Source: Dehalococcoidia bacterium (lineage in GTDB: Bacteria; Chloroflexota; Dehalococcoidia; E44-bin15). From it: a stretch of 34,414 nt of DNA. This document shows positions 23,162 to 32,310 of this stretch, one piece after another. The position numbers and the translations under genes are program-made. The notes beneath the pieces were generated by a model. It saw only the letters and a program-made list of their open reading frames with translations. It was not told the origin of the DNA and did no database searches. Every line of letters starts with the position of its first letter. Position 1 is the stretch's first letter. The stretch covers positions 1 through 34,414 of the forward strand of contig SOJQ01000018.1 in assembly GCA_004376075.1 (NCBI GenBank), read 5' to 3'.

Positions 23162-24445
23162 TCAGAATAATCTCTCAGCAGGCTGGCTCGGTGGCTTTGG
23201 GGGTCTGGCCAAAAAGGCACATACCATCCCTACGGCGCTGAAGGCAATCACAATTATGAAAGCCAGCATGTAGGTATTTGTAGCATCATGGATCGCCCCG
23301 GCCAAGAGACCCCCGATAGCGCCCGCGGCAGTGGTTATCGGCAGCATCCAGCCCAGGATCTGGGCATAGCGCGCTCGGCCATAATAGGCCCCAAGCAGGG
23401 TAGGGGCAGCCACTATCAATCCGCCATAACTTATTCCAAAGATTATGGCATAAAGGTAGATCAAGGGCAGGACTCTAGCATTGAGGAGGATGGTCACCGC
23501 GACCACCTGTAAGGCGAGACAAAGGGCGGCCAAATATCTGGGCTCAATCCTTTGCGCCACGGCACCGAAGCCAAGCCGGCCGACGATGCTCATCCCGGGA
23601 AGAAGCCCCAGCGCGGTGGCTGCTACCAGGGGGGAGAATCCTATATCTTCTAGGTGGACCACCTGGTGGACGTTCATGATGTTCAGGGCAAACATGTTGG
23701 CAGCGCCAAAGATCACCAGTAGCCACGTAGCGAGCCTTCTCATAGCCTGTCCCGTTTCCCAATCGACAGGGGTCTGGTAGACCCTCGGTGGTGCAGCCTC
23801 AAGATTCTCCACAGCCTCAGCAGCCACCCCGTCGGGCAATTGCCCCAGGTCCTCGGGCTTATTTCTAATTAGGAACAGCCCACCGACAATAACAGCGAGC
23901 ACAAGATGGGTGAAAGCTAAAACCACCCAAACATCACGCCATCCTGTAATGGAGGTCAGCAGGGCTATCAAGGGAGGGAAGGCGAGGCCGCCTAAACCGC
24001 CCGCGGCCACGGTAAGACCCATTGCCAGCGACCTTCTTCTTATAAACCAGTTATTGGCTATCGTGGTGGTGGCGGCGAACATCCCGAAACCATTGCCCAC
24101 GCCCACGAAAACCCCGTAAAACAGATAGAGATGCCAGGGCTCGCTGGTAAAAAATAATGCCGCCAGACCCAGGGCAGCGATGGCGTTGCCCACGATTATA
24201 TTAGCCCTGGGTCCAAACCTGACTATGGAGGCACCGATAAGAGGCCCAGGGGCGCCAAACAGAAGCATGAATAAAGAGAAGGCCCCGCCAAAGGTTGCCC
24301 GGGACCAACCAAATTCCACAGCCATCGGGGGCCATAAAACACCCCATACGTAGAAGATGTTTCCAGTGCCAGCAAAATACACCAGCATTGCCCCTGCTAG
24401 TGCTATCCAGCCGTAGAAGCTCCCCTTTGGGATAAGCTTTGACAC
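23162..24445 (-). CDS. MFS transporter (oxalate/formate antiporter-like architecture)
   Basis: 427 aa with about 12 hydrophobic segments and a central hydrophilic loop. The GTG start has GAGGAG 5 nt upstream. Confidence 0.8.
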   Translation of the reverse strand: MSKLIPKGSFYGWIALAGAMLVYFAGTGNIFYVWGVLWPPMAVEFGWSRATFGGAFSLFMLLFGAPGPLIGASIVRFGPRANIIVGNAIAALGLAALFFTSEPWHLYLFYGVFVGVGNGFGMFAATTTIANNWFIRRRSLAMGLTVAAGGLGGLAFPPLIALLTSITGWRDVWVVLAFTHLVLAVIVGGLFLIRNKPEDLGQLPDGVAAEAVENLEAAPPRVYQTPVDWETGQAMRRLATWLLVIFGAANMFALNIMNVHQVVHLEDIGFSPLVAATALGLLPGMSIVGRLGFGAVAQRIEPRYLAALCLALQVVAVTILLNARVLPLIYLYAIIFGISYGGLIVAAPTLLGAYYGRARYAQILGWMLPITTAAGAIGGLLAGAIHDATNTYMLAFIIVIAFSAVGMVCAFLARPPKPPSQPAERLF

Positions 24446-24621
24446 CGATCTCCTCTTTCGCGACAGATAATCCGCCCCAATATAGCCGATGGCCGAGTTT
24501 TCCGCAATCTCTCTCTTGTTTTGAGGTTTCTAAGGGGGTTTCCAAAAGTGCCTTTTCCAGGTACAATACCGCTGGGTTGGTAATCCTGAGCAACCCCCGA
24601 TAAATCATTCAAGGAGCAAAC

Positions 24622-25698
24622 ATGATAAGGACAGAACTCTGTGACATGCTGGGGATGAAGCACCCCATAATCCAAGCTGGTATGGGACCCTATAGCACCA
24701 ATAACCTAGCTGCGGCGGCAGCAAACGCCGGAGCACTGGGGATCATCAGTACCAGTGGCCTTGCCCTGGGAATGGGGGAAATGGTTACTGGTGGGGAGAA
24801 AGGGACCCCTTATGAGCTGTTGAAGCGACTTCTCAATCGCATCAAGGACGATACTAAGGAGTCAAAAGGGATTTTCGGGATAAATTGCATGGTATCTGCT
24901 GAGTTCGCCCAACCGGCAAGGAAGATAATCCAAGCGGTAATTGACGCCAGGAATGAGGACCCGGAGATGAGAGAGAGGCTGAGGGTAATAATTACTTCGG
25001 CGGGGGACCCTCTCCCCTGGACAGAAACTATAAAACCATCGGGGGTCAAGTGGTTTCATGTGGTTCCTTCGGCGCGCCATGCCAAAAGGTGCGAGCGGGC
25101 AGGGGTAGATGTGATAATTGCTTCAGGGCATGAGGGCGGAATGCATATTGCCTGGGAGCCAGTTCATACTATGGTTCTCCTCCCAGCAGTAGTTAACGCG
25201 GTGAGCACCCCTGTCGTTGGCGCGGGTGGGTTCTGCGATGGTGCCACACTCGCCGCTGCCTTAGCCTTAGGGGCTGTAGGAGTTCAGATGGGAACCAGAT
25301 TCCTCGCCACTAAGGAGAGCGATTTTATGCAGATGTGGAAGGATCAGATCTTGAAAAGTGGGGAGAGAGATACTACAGTAGCCAGGGGAATTGTGGGGCC
25401 AGCGAGATATCTGAAGAATGAAGCCTCCCTGGAGCTTACAGAAATTACCGTAAGAAAAGCCCCTGGATTATTCCTGGGGCAGCCAGACGACCTCGCCACC
25501 GTCGCCCCTGAGGTGATGAGTAAAGAGATGGAAGGATTTAACGCCACATTTGCTGGCGATGAAAAGAGGGCACTTATGGGTGGTGGGGAGGTGGCAGGAA
25601 GAATAGAAGATCTTCCCACGGTGGGGGAGCTTATCGAGGGAATAATCAGGGAGGCCGAGGAGATCATTTCAAGGCTTCCCGAAAAAATCGGGAGGTGA
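24622..25698 (+). CDS. NMO-family NAD(P)H-dependent flavin oxidoreductase (second paralog)
   Basis: LGMKHPIIQAGMGPYSTNNLAAAAANAGALGII...VVGAGGFCDGATLAAALALGAVGVQMGTRFLATKES. AAGGAG lies 6 nt upstream of the ATG. Confidence 0.8.
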   Translation: MIRTELCDMLGMKHPIIQAGMGPYSTNNLAAAAANAGALGIISTSGLALGMGEMVTGGEKGTPYELLKRLLNRIKDDTKESKGIFGINCMVSAEFAQPARKIIQAVIDARNEDPEMRERLRVIITSAGDPLPWTETIKPSGVKWFHVVPSARHAKRCERAGVDVIIASGHEGGMHIAWEPVHTMVLLPAVVNAVSTPVVGAGGFCDGATLAAALALGAVGVQMGTRFLATKESDFMQMWKDQILKSGERDTTVARGIVGPARYLKNEASLELTEITVRKAPGLFLGQPDDLATVAPEVMSKEMEGFNATFAGDEKRALMGGGEVAGRIEDLPTVGELIEGIIREAEEIISRLPEKIGR

Positions 25699-25701
25699 GA
25701 A

Positions 25702-26946
25702 ATGAAAGAGCTAAGAGAGGCTGTCGTTGTCGAGGCGGTGCGCACCCCTACAGGGAGGTCGGGATGGAAGGGGATGGAGAAGCTGGGGGCCTTCCACGAT
25801 ATCTCGGCACAGTATCTCATCGCCGCGGCGGTAGAAGGTCTGGTGGAGCGGGTCAAAGCGAAGTGCCCCAGGTTCGATCCTCTGGAGATCGAGGATGTGG
25901 CTGTGGGATGCCTCAGCCAGCTCGGTGAGCAGTCAGGAAACATCGGGCGGGTGGCAACCCTTGTCTCCGGGCTTCCCGATGAGGTCGCCGGCTGGTCCAT
26001 CGACCGCTACTGCAACGCCGGGCTCCAGGCAGTCAATGCTCAGGCGCAGGCCATCATGTGCGGCTGCGGCGACATCATGATCGCCGCCGGCGTGGAGCAC
26101 ATGAGCCGCTACCCCATGGGGTCCCCCATCTTTGCCGCACTGAAGGCCGGATACCCCGTTTCCTTTCACCGCGAGTTCCACAAGAGAGGGGGATTCGTGC
26201 TCATGGGTGTTGCCGCCGAGGCTGTGGCCGAAAAGTACAACCTCACCAGGGAGGAGATGGATAGATTCGGGCTGTGGAGTCAGCAGAAGGCGGTGCAGGC
26301 GATGCGGGACGAGGAGTGGTATAAGGGAAGGGTGGTGCCGGTAAAGCTGGAGAAGGAAGGTGAGCTCCTAGGCATTGTGGATAAGGACGAGCCACCCCGG
26401 GCTGAGGCCTTGGACAATCCCGAGGCTGCCTGGGAGAGGATGAAAAATCTGGAGCCCCGGTTCAAGGAGGGGGGTATGGTTACCGCTGGAAATTCCTCAG
26501 GCATCGTCGACGGGGCGGCGGCAACCATGCTGATGTCAAGGGAGAAGGCAGAGGAGCTGCGACTTGAGCCCCTGGCGATCATAAGATCGATGGCGGTGGC
26601 TGGTTCAGAGCCGACTATTATGCTGCTCGGTCCCATTCCGGCGATGAAGAAGGCTTTGGCTCGTGCCGGGATCACCTTTGATGACATCGATGTCTGGGAG
26701 CCCAATGAGGCCTTTGCCTCGCCGGTCCTCGCCTTCTGCAAGGAGTTCGGCATCGCCTTTAACGACCCGAGGATAAACCCCACCGGTGGCGCCATCGCCA
26801 TCGGCCATCCCATCGGTTGCTCTGGCGCGCTCTATTTCACCGAGATGGTTCACTGGATGGTGCGCCACAACCTGAGGTGGGGGCTCCAGACCATGTGCGG
26901 CGCCGGGGGTGTCGGCATCACCACCATCGTGGAAAGGGAGAGGTAG
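25702..26946 (+). CDS. Thiolase (acetyl-CoA C-acyltransferase family)
   Basis: AVVVEAVRTPTGRS is at the N-terminus. The nucleophile region reads DRYCNAGLQAV. C-terminal motifs are GGAIAIGHPIGCSGA and MCGAGGVG. The start lies 3 nt after the NMO stop. Confidence 0.85.
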   Translation: MKELREAVVVEAVRTPTGRSGWKGMEKLGAFHDISAQYLIAAAVEGLVERVKAKCPRFDPLEIEDVAVGCLSQLGEQSGNIGRVATLVSGLPDEVAGWSIDRYCNAGLQAVNAQAQAIMCGCGDIMIAAGVEHMSRYPMGSPIFAALKAGYPVSFHREFHKRGGFVLMGVAAEAVAEKYNLTREEMDRFGLWSQQKAVQAMRDEEWYKGRVVPVKLEKEGELLGIVDKDEPPRAEALDNPEAAWERMKNLEPRFKEGGMVTAGNSSGIVDGAAATMLMSREKAEELRLEPLAIIRSMAVAGSEPTIMLLGPIPAMKKALARAGITFDDIDVWEPNEAFASPVLAFCKEFGIAFNDPRINPTGGAIAIGHPIGCSGALYFTEMVHWMVRHNLRWGLQTMCGAGGVGITTIVERER

Positions 26947-26996
26947 ACGGGGCATGCCCCACTTGTCGGGCCTTTTACCTCCCTATCCCTCCGCTA

Positions 26997-27305
26997 TCAC
27001 CGCCGGGCGAACACAACGCCTATTGATGTCACCCCTAGCGCTATGAGCGTGAGCAGGCTGCCGATGAAGTAGCCCACCACCTGTATATAGCCGCCTATCT
27101 GCTCCAGGAGCGGGCCAATCAGCGCGGTGATGCCTGCTACCATGGGGGCTGCCTCGGGGGGGAACGGCAATTCGGCTATCTGCGCCGGGTATGCTGCCAC
27201 CCATCGCCCCCACGAGGGAACGAAGATCAGAACCAGAATGGCGCAAGTTAGAAGAATGAGCCCGAAGCAGGACACGCCCACTCCACGAAGCTTATCAGCT
27301 TCCAT
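26997..27305 (-). CDS. Small hypothetical membrane protein (2-3 predicted TM helices)
   Basis: 102 aa with hydrophobic segments (VSCFGLILLTCAILVLIFV, MVAGITALIGPLL, VVGYFIGSLLTLIALGV). A strong AAGGAGGTGA lies 4 nt before the ATG. It is the last gene of the thiolase-DUF35 unit. Confidence 0.55.
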   Translation of the reverse strand: MEADKLRGVGVSCFGLILLTCAILVLIFVPSWGRWVAAYPAQIAELPFPPEAAPMVAGITALIGPLLEQIGGYIQVVGYFIGSLLTLIALGVTSIGVVFARR

Positions 27306-27339
27306 CTCTCACCTCCTTTTTTCGCCAGAAAGCTATCTA

Positions 27340-27750
27340 TTACGCTTTAAACGCCAGAAAGGTCCTCTTCCCCTCGCCCTCGCCTCGCTCCACGAAGTCG
27401 ACAGCGAGCGGGGTGCCTATCTTTATCTCCTCTGGCTTCTTGGCGTCCACCCCCAAAATGCGGGCGCTGATCTTGGGACCCTCCTCCAGTTCCACCACCC
27501 CGGTGCAATAGGGATTGTCCCTGCCGTAGCCCTCCTCAAGCATTAAGGTAGGGGCGATAGCGATAGTGGTGAAGGCAGCAAGCTTGCCCTTGCCCTTCAT
27601 CTCGACCCATTCCATTTCGGTGCCAAAGCACTTAATACAGAGGGGTCTAGGGGGCAAATATAAAGCGCCACATTTTATGCATTTTGAAGCCATGAGCTTC
27701 TTTTCGCCGAGAAACTCATTAAAGGAAGCGCTGGTAAATTCTCTCTCCAC
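27340..27750 (-). CDS. Zn-ribbon/OB-fold protein (DUF35 family)
   Basis: The zinc ribbon reads CIKCGALYLPPRPLCIKC and is followed by an OB-fold-like C-terminus. The start lies 3 nt after the thiolase stop, which is the classic DUF35 / SCP-x thiolase pairing. Confidence 0.8.
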   Translation of the reverse strand: MEREFTSASFNEFLGEKKLMASKCIKCGALYLPPRPLCIKCFGTEMEWVEMKGKGKLAAFTTIAIAPTLMLEEGYGRDNPYCTGVVELEEGPKISARILGVDAKKPEEIKIGTPLAVDFVERGEGEGKRTFLAFKA

Positions 27751-27753
27751 AAT

Positions 27754-29025
27754 TCACCGCCTTTCATAGATATGAACAACGCAGGTGCCGCCGGTGGCAC
27801 CAACATTGTGGGTTAAAGCCAGTTTGATGTCCATCCCCGGAACCTGTCGCGGCCCCGCCTCACCACGCATCTGATGCCATACCTCCACCGTTTGAGCAAC
27901 GCCGGATGCCCCTACGGGGTGTCCCTTGGATTTGAGTCCCCCTGAGGTATTGATGGGCTTTGCTCCATCGCGGGCTGTTACCCCATCCTCCACAGCCTTA
28001 GCCCCCTCCCCAGGCTTAAAGAAGCCCAGGTCCTCGGTAGCCACGATCTCGGCAATGGTGAAGCAGTCATGAACCTCGGCGATCTGTATATCTTCGGGCC
28101 CAACACCAGCCATGTCGTAGGCCTGGCGAGCAGCTTCCTTTGCCGCTCCTATGCAACTGAGGTCCTCCTTATCGTGCAGGGCGACATCGCTCGCTTGACC
28201 GACGCCAATTATGTAAATGGGAGTGTCGGTGAAATTCTTGGCCATGTCCTCGGCCACCAGGAGGAGGCAAGCGGCCCCATCGGTGATGGGTGAGCAATCG
28301 AAGAGCCTCATCGGCCAGGCAACCACAGGGTTAGCCCGGTCGTCCTTGAGAAACCCCATCTCGTTTTCCCAGGTGGGAACAGGCTGCCCCCTTTCCTGGG
28401 CCTTTTTTACTCTGCTGGCCATGACATCTTTTATCGTGCTATTGAACTGGGCCTTTGGGTTTAGAGCCCCGTTATTGTGATTCTTTATCGCCACCTTCAT
28501 AAAATGCTCTACTTTGGTTCCGTACTTGTTCATATGGGCGGTGGCGATGGCAGCATAGAGTCCGGGGAAGGTAAAACCCGCAGGCACCTCATAAAGGACA
28601 TCGCTGGCCCCCCCCAGGGTATCGGTAACCCTTTCCGTGGGCAGGTCGGTCATCTTCTCCACACCACCTACCAGTACCATGTCATAGAGTCCCGAGGCGA
28701 TGGCGATAATCCCCTCCCTTAGGGCCACGCCACCGGAGGCGCAGGCGCCCTCGACCCTGGTCGCCGGCCTGGGCACCAGCCCCACCCAGTCCGCCATGAT
28801 GGGGGCGATGTGGCCCTGCCCCTCAAAGAAGTCGCTGGAGAAGTTCCCCACATATAGCGCCTCGATGTCCTTGATCTCCAGCCCCTTATCTACGGAGGCC
28901 CTCATCTCATTGAAGGCTTCCACAAAGAGGTCGCGGCTCGATCTGCCTTTCAAGGTGCCAAATTTGCAAACTCCGGCGCCAACTATGGCCACCCCTCTAC
29001 CTAGCTTACGACTTTTTTTGATCAT
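27754..29025 (-). CDS. SCP-x/archaeal-type thiolase domain protein
   Basis: VAIVGAGVCKFG...EGACASGGVAL...NTSGGLKSKGHPVGASG...THNVGATG is the typical non-specific lipid-transfer-type thiolase layout. Confidence 0.85.
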   Translation of the reverse strand: MIKKSRKLGRGVAIVGAGVCKFGTLKGRSSRDLFVEAFNEMRASVDKGLEIKDIEALYVGNFSSDFFEGQGHIAPIMADWVGLVPRPATRVEGACASGGVALREGIIAIASGLYDMVLVGGVEKMTDLPTERVTDTLGGASDVLYEVPAGFTFPGLYAAIATAHMNKYGTKVEHFMKVAIKNHNNGALNPKAQFNSTIKDVMASRVKKAQERGQPVPTWENEMGFLKDDRANPVVAWPMRLFDCSPITDGAACLLLVAEDMAKNFTDTPIYIIGVGQASDVALHDKEDLSCIGAAKEAARQAYDMAGVGPEDIQIAEVHDCFTIAEIVATEDLGFFKPGEGAKAVEDGVTARDGAKPINTSGGLKSKGHPVGASGVAQTVEVWHQMRGEAGPRQVPGMDIKLALTHNVGATGGTCVVHIYERR

Positions 29026-29050
29026 TGTTCCCCCTTAAGATTCTATTTAA

Positions 29051-29079
29051 CACAATGCGGATTGTAGCAGGGCTATATC
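29051..29079 (-). promoter_or_regulatory. sigma70 promoter TTGACA-17-TACAAT for the thiolase / DUF35 / membrane protein unit
   Basis: Reverse strand reads TTGACA at 29074-29079, a 17-nt spacer, then TACAAT at 29051-29056. Confidence 0.5.
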
Positions 29080-29085
29080 GCCTTG

Positions 29086-30219
29086 TCAAGAACTTGGTCC
29101 CCGTTCCCTGCCCAGCACCCGTCTTGCGATCAGGTTTTTCAACACCTCCGAGGAGCCACCGGCCAATTTCCCTACCTTTGCATCCCGCCAGAAGCGCTCG
29201 AAGGGCCTCTCTCGGTAACAACCCCAGCCCCCGACGAGGGAGAAAACCCTAGAGGCGACCTCCTCCGCCACCTCCGCGGCATAATATCTTGCCATAGCCG
29301 TCTCCAGGGCGTGCTCAACACCCTCATCCTCGAGCCAAGCTGCCTTGTCTCGGAGAAGGGCTGCCGCCTCGATCTTGGTCACCAGCTCAGCCACCATCCA
29401 GCGAATGCCCTGAAAATCGGTTACCAGGTTTCTGCCCACGCTTCTTTCCCTAGCATATTCGATGGCCTCCCCCAAGGCTCCTCTGGCCAGTCCAATTAGA
29501 CAGGAGGCGTTCCCAATACGACTCAGATTGAAGGCAGCGAAGAAGGTGGCCATTGCGTCACCCGCTTTGCCCAGTAAGTGCGTCTCTGGAATCTCGACAT
29601 TCTTAAGGGTGAAATCATAGATGGGCTGCATCCTCTGCCCTATAGGGTCGCCCTTCTTGAAATTAATGCCCGGGGTTCCCTTTTCAATAACAAAAATGGA
29701 GAGACCATCCTCCGTTTTGGCATAGAGCAGCATTATGGCGGCATCGGCAGCAAAATTGATATGGGATTTATGCCCGTTCAGTATATAGCTATCCCCTCTC
29801 TTAACCGCCGTGGTCTCCATAAGCTCAAAGCTAGAGCCTACCGTCGCTTCCGAGATTGCAATGGCGGCTATATACTCCCCTCGCGCTAGCTTGGGCAGAT
29901 AGCTCGCTTTCTGCTCCTCTGTGCCCGAGGCCAGTAGATGCTTCTCCGCCTGAATGGTGGGTTGGGGGCCAAAGAGCCCAAACCTGGCCAGCTCCTCGCT
30001 AATTATGGAGTACTCCATCGCCCCTCTCCCCATTCCATCGTATTCCAGAGGCACGATGGGGCCCATCCAGCGCCTCTCCGCCAACTCCTCGATTCGGTCT
30101 CTGGGGGGGACACTCCTTCTCTCCCACTCATCAACCTTAGAGCTAAGCCTCTGGGCAAGCTTCGCCACCTCCCCCTTCAACTCCTTTTGCTCAGCGCTGA
30201 TCTCAAAGCTTAAACACAT
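29086..30219 (-). CDS. Acyl-CoA dehydrogenase
   Basis: 377 aa. The N-terminus reads FEISAEQKELKGEV. Other family segments are RIGNASCLIGLARGALGEAIEYARER and the C-terminal FWRDAKVGKLAGGSSEVLKNLIARRVLG. GGGAGG lies 6 nt upstream of the ATG. Confidence 0.85.
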   Translation of the reverse strand: MCLSFEISAEQKELKGEVAKLAQRLSSKVDEWERRSVPPRDRIEELAERRWMGPIVPLEYDGMGRGAMEYSIISEELARFGLFGPQPTIQAEKHLLASGTEEQKASYLPKLARGEYIAAIAISEATVGSSFELMETTAVKRGDSYILNGHKSHINFAADAAIMLLYAKTEDGLSIFVIEKGTPGINFKKGDPIGQRMQPIYDFTLKNVEIPETHLLGKAGDAMATFFAAFNLSRIGNASCLIGLARGALGEAIEYARERSVGRNLVTDFQGIRWMVAELVTKIEAAALLRDKAAWLEDEGVEHALETAMARYYAAEVAEEVASRVFSLVGGWGCYRERPFERFWRDAKVGKLAGGSSEVLKNLIARRVLGRERGPSS

Positions 30220-30253
30220 TTCGACCTCCCTAAATTCGATGGAAACAGAACAG

Positions 30254-30280
30254 ATTATACCAATGACCCCTGTTTGTCAA
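30254..30280 (-). promoter_or_regulatory. Promoter TTGACA-15-TGnTATAAT (extended -10) for the acyl-CoA dehydrogenase gene
   Basis: Reverse strand reads TTGACA at 30275-30280 and TATAAT at 30254-30259, preceded by TGG. The 15-nt spacer is short and may be compensated by the extended -10. Confidence 0.5.
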
Positions 30281-30302
30281 AAGCGGCCCTTCCTACGGTA
30301 TA

Positions 30303-30518
30303 ATGAGCTTGAAATCCTACTATAATCAATTTCGTCTCACCCCCCCGGGGAGGCACCCGATAAAGGTTTGCCTGGGAACGGCCTGCCATATAAAGGGTGG
30401 TAGGATCATCCTGGAGGCCTGGGAGAGGAAGCTGGGCATTAAAGTAGGGGAAATTACCCCGCATCGCCAGTTCAGCCTGGAGAGGGTTGCCTGTGTTGGC
30501 TGCTGCGCCGTGGCCCCC
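30303..30518 (+). pseudogene. NuoE/HndA-type thioredoxin-like [2Fe-2S] domain fragment (truncated at both ends)
   Basis: YYNQFRLTPPGRHPIKVCLGTACHIKGGRIILEAWERKLGIKVGEITPHRQFSLERVACVGCCAVAP matches the cluster-binding core of NuoE (CxxxxC...CxxxC). The N-terminal helical domain is absent. The homology stops where the convergent glmS 3' end begins; the remainder of the track ORF is antisense to glmS. Confidence 0.5.
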
Positions 30519-32285
30519 CTACTTCACGGTGACCGACTTAGCGAGGTGGCGCGGTCTGTCCGGGTCTTTCCCCCGGGCTGCCGCCAGATGATAAGCCAGA
30601 AGCTGCAGAGGCATAATAGCCACCAAAGGGTAGAAAATCTCCTCCATCTTTGGAATTTTGATCCAATGGTCATAGACCTCGTTATTCTCATCGGAGACGC
30701 CAATGACAAATCCCCCTCGCGCTTTTATCTCCATAACATTGTTCAGCGTTTCATAGAAGGTATCATCTTTAGGGCAGATGGCCACCACCGGTGTTCCTTC
30801 TTCTATAAGAGCCAAGGTGCCATGCTTTAGCTCCCCCGCCGGCATGCACTCGGCGTGAATATAGGAAATCTCCTTAAGCTTGAGCGCCCCCTCAGCCGCT
30901 ATCGCCAGGTTGAGCCCCCTTGCCATGTAATAGAAATTGTTCTTATTTTTCATTCTTCGGGCTAGCTTCTTAAGCTTCTCATCGTTAAGGTTGTCTCCAA
31001 TTTGCCTTGCGACCTGTTCTAGTTTTTCGATGCCTTCCTCCAGTTTACCCATCAGGGCAAAGGCCAGCATATAGAAGATCACCAATTGGCAAAGGAAGGA
31101 CTTTGTTGCGGCGACACCTATCTCTGGTCCACAATTGAGGTAGATGGCCCGATCGCTGATCCTAGTGAGCAAAGAGCCCACAACATTGATGATGGAGAAA
31201 ACCCTTGCCCCCTTAGCTTTCGCCCTTTTCACCCCCTCGATGACATCGGCTGTCTCCCCGCTCTGGGAGATAGCGATGACCAGGGTATCCTCGGCGATGG
31301 AATCGCAAAAATATTGAAATTCGGAGGCGGTGACAACATCGCAAAGCTTCCCGGCGAGCCTAGAGAATAGATAGCTGGCGAGGAGTGCCACATGGCGGGA
31401 GGTGCCGCAGGCGGTGATCACAACCCGCCTTGCCTCCCATATCTCCTTGGCAAATTCCATAATCAGCTTTCTATCCTGTATTAAGGCACGGCGCATCGCC
31501 TCAGGCTGCTCCAATATCTCCTTGAGCATGAAGAAATCGTAGCCCTTTTTGCTCGCTTCCTCCCATTGCCAATCAACCCTTTGCGATTTTTTCCTAATCT
31601 CCTCCCCTTCCCTATTGAGGAAGAAAGCGCCATCTCTTGTTAATGAAACAAGCTCGCCCTCCTCAAGGAAAACCACCTCATTGGTTCGATCCAAAAAGGA
31701 TAGGGCGTCGCTGGCCACGAAATATTTCCCATCATCCAGTCCCACGATAAGAGGGCTGTCTTTGCTTGTTGCCACTATCTTCTCCGGCTCCCTTGAGGAA
31801 ACCACCACCAGGGCATAGGAGCCCCGTAGCTCCCCAACCGCTTTAAGAAGAGCCTTTTCCAGGGAAGCGCCAGCCTCCATATAATCCTCGATGAGATGGC
31901 AGATCACTTCGGTGTCGACCTCAGAGGCAAATCTATGCTTCCCCACCAAGGCAGCGCGAAGCTCCTGGTAGTTCTCGATGATGCCGTTGTGCACCACCGC
32001 TATTTGTTTTTTGCAGTCGAAATGGGGATGGGCATTTATGCGATCGGCTCTGCCATGGGTCGCCCAGCGAACGTGGCCCACCGCTATCTTCCCCGGCAGT
32101 CGGTCCAAGCGATGTTTCCTCTGCACATCGGTTATCTTCCCCGCATCCTTCCTAAAATGGATCTTGCCATCGCAGATGCTAACCATACCCGCGGAGTCAT
32201 ATCCACGATATTCCAGTTTGATCAGCGCCTTGAGCACCACCGGAGCCGCCGGCTCATCCCCAATAAATCCAACTATCCCGCACAT
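30519..32285 (-). CDS. glmS: Glutamine--fructose-6-phosphate aminotransferase (isomerizing)
   Basis: The N-terminal nucleophile reads MCGIVGFIG. Two SIS domains follow, and the C-terminus is the characteristic LAKSVTVK. 588 aa. Confidence 0.95.
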   Translation of the reverse strand: MCGIVGFIGDEPAAPVVLKALIKLEYRGYDSAGMVSICDGKIHFRKDAGKITDVQRKHRLDRLPGKIAVGHVRWATHGRADRINAHPHFDCKKQIAVVHNGIIENYQELRAALVGKHRFASEVDTEVICHLIEDYMEAGASLEKALLKAVGELRGSYALVVVSSREPEKIVATSKDSPLIVGLDDGKYFVASDALSFLDRTNEVVFLEEGELVSLTRDGAFFLNREGEEIRKKSQRVDWQWEEASKKGYDFFMLKEILEQPEAMRRALIQDRKLIMEFAKEIWEARRVVITACGTSRHVALLASYLFSRLAGKLCDVVTASEFQYFCDSIAEDTLVIAISQSGETADVIEGVKRAKAKGARVFSIINVVGSLLTRISDRAIYLNCGPEIGVAATKSFLCQLVIFYMLAFALMGKLEEGIEKLEQVARQIGDNLNDEKLKKLARRMKNKNNFYYMARGLNLAIAAEGALKLKEISYIHAECMPAGELKHGTLALIEEGTPVVAICPKDDTFYETLNNVMEIKARGGFVIGVSDENNEVYDHWIKIPKMEEIFYPLVAIMPLQLLAYHLAAARGKDPDRPRHLAKSVTVK

Positions 32286-32310
32286 TTCTTTTTCGAACTT
32301 TCCCCCTATT

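Noticed and set aside
25344-26000. 218-aa minus-strand ORF spanning the NMO/thiolase junction
   Set aside because: It is a Ser/Pro-rich shadow ORF antisense to two strongly supported plus-strand genes. It has no SD or motifs.
26949-26960. GGGGCATGCCCC palindrome between the convergent thiolase and membrane-protein genes, considered as a bidirectional terminator
   Set aside because: It has only a 4-bp stem with a 4-nt loop and no clear U-tract on either strand. That is too weak to call.
30303-30830. Full 175-aa plus-strand ORF taken as an intact gene
   Set aside because: Only the first ~70 codons have protein-like (NuoE) features. From 30519 onward the ORF is antisense to the highly conserved glmS 3' region. 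It is treated as a fragment or pseudogene instead.
32286-32310. Possible glmS ribozyme upstream of glmS
   Set aside because: Only 25 nt separate glmS from the upstream GlmU-like gene, which is far too short for the ~170-nt ribozyme. glmS appears to be co-transcribed instead.
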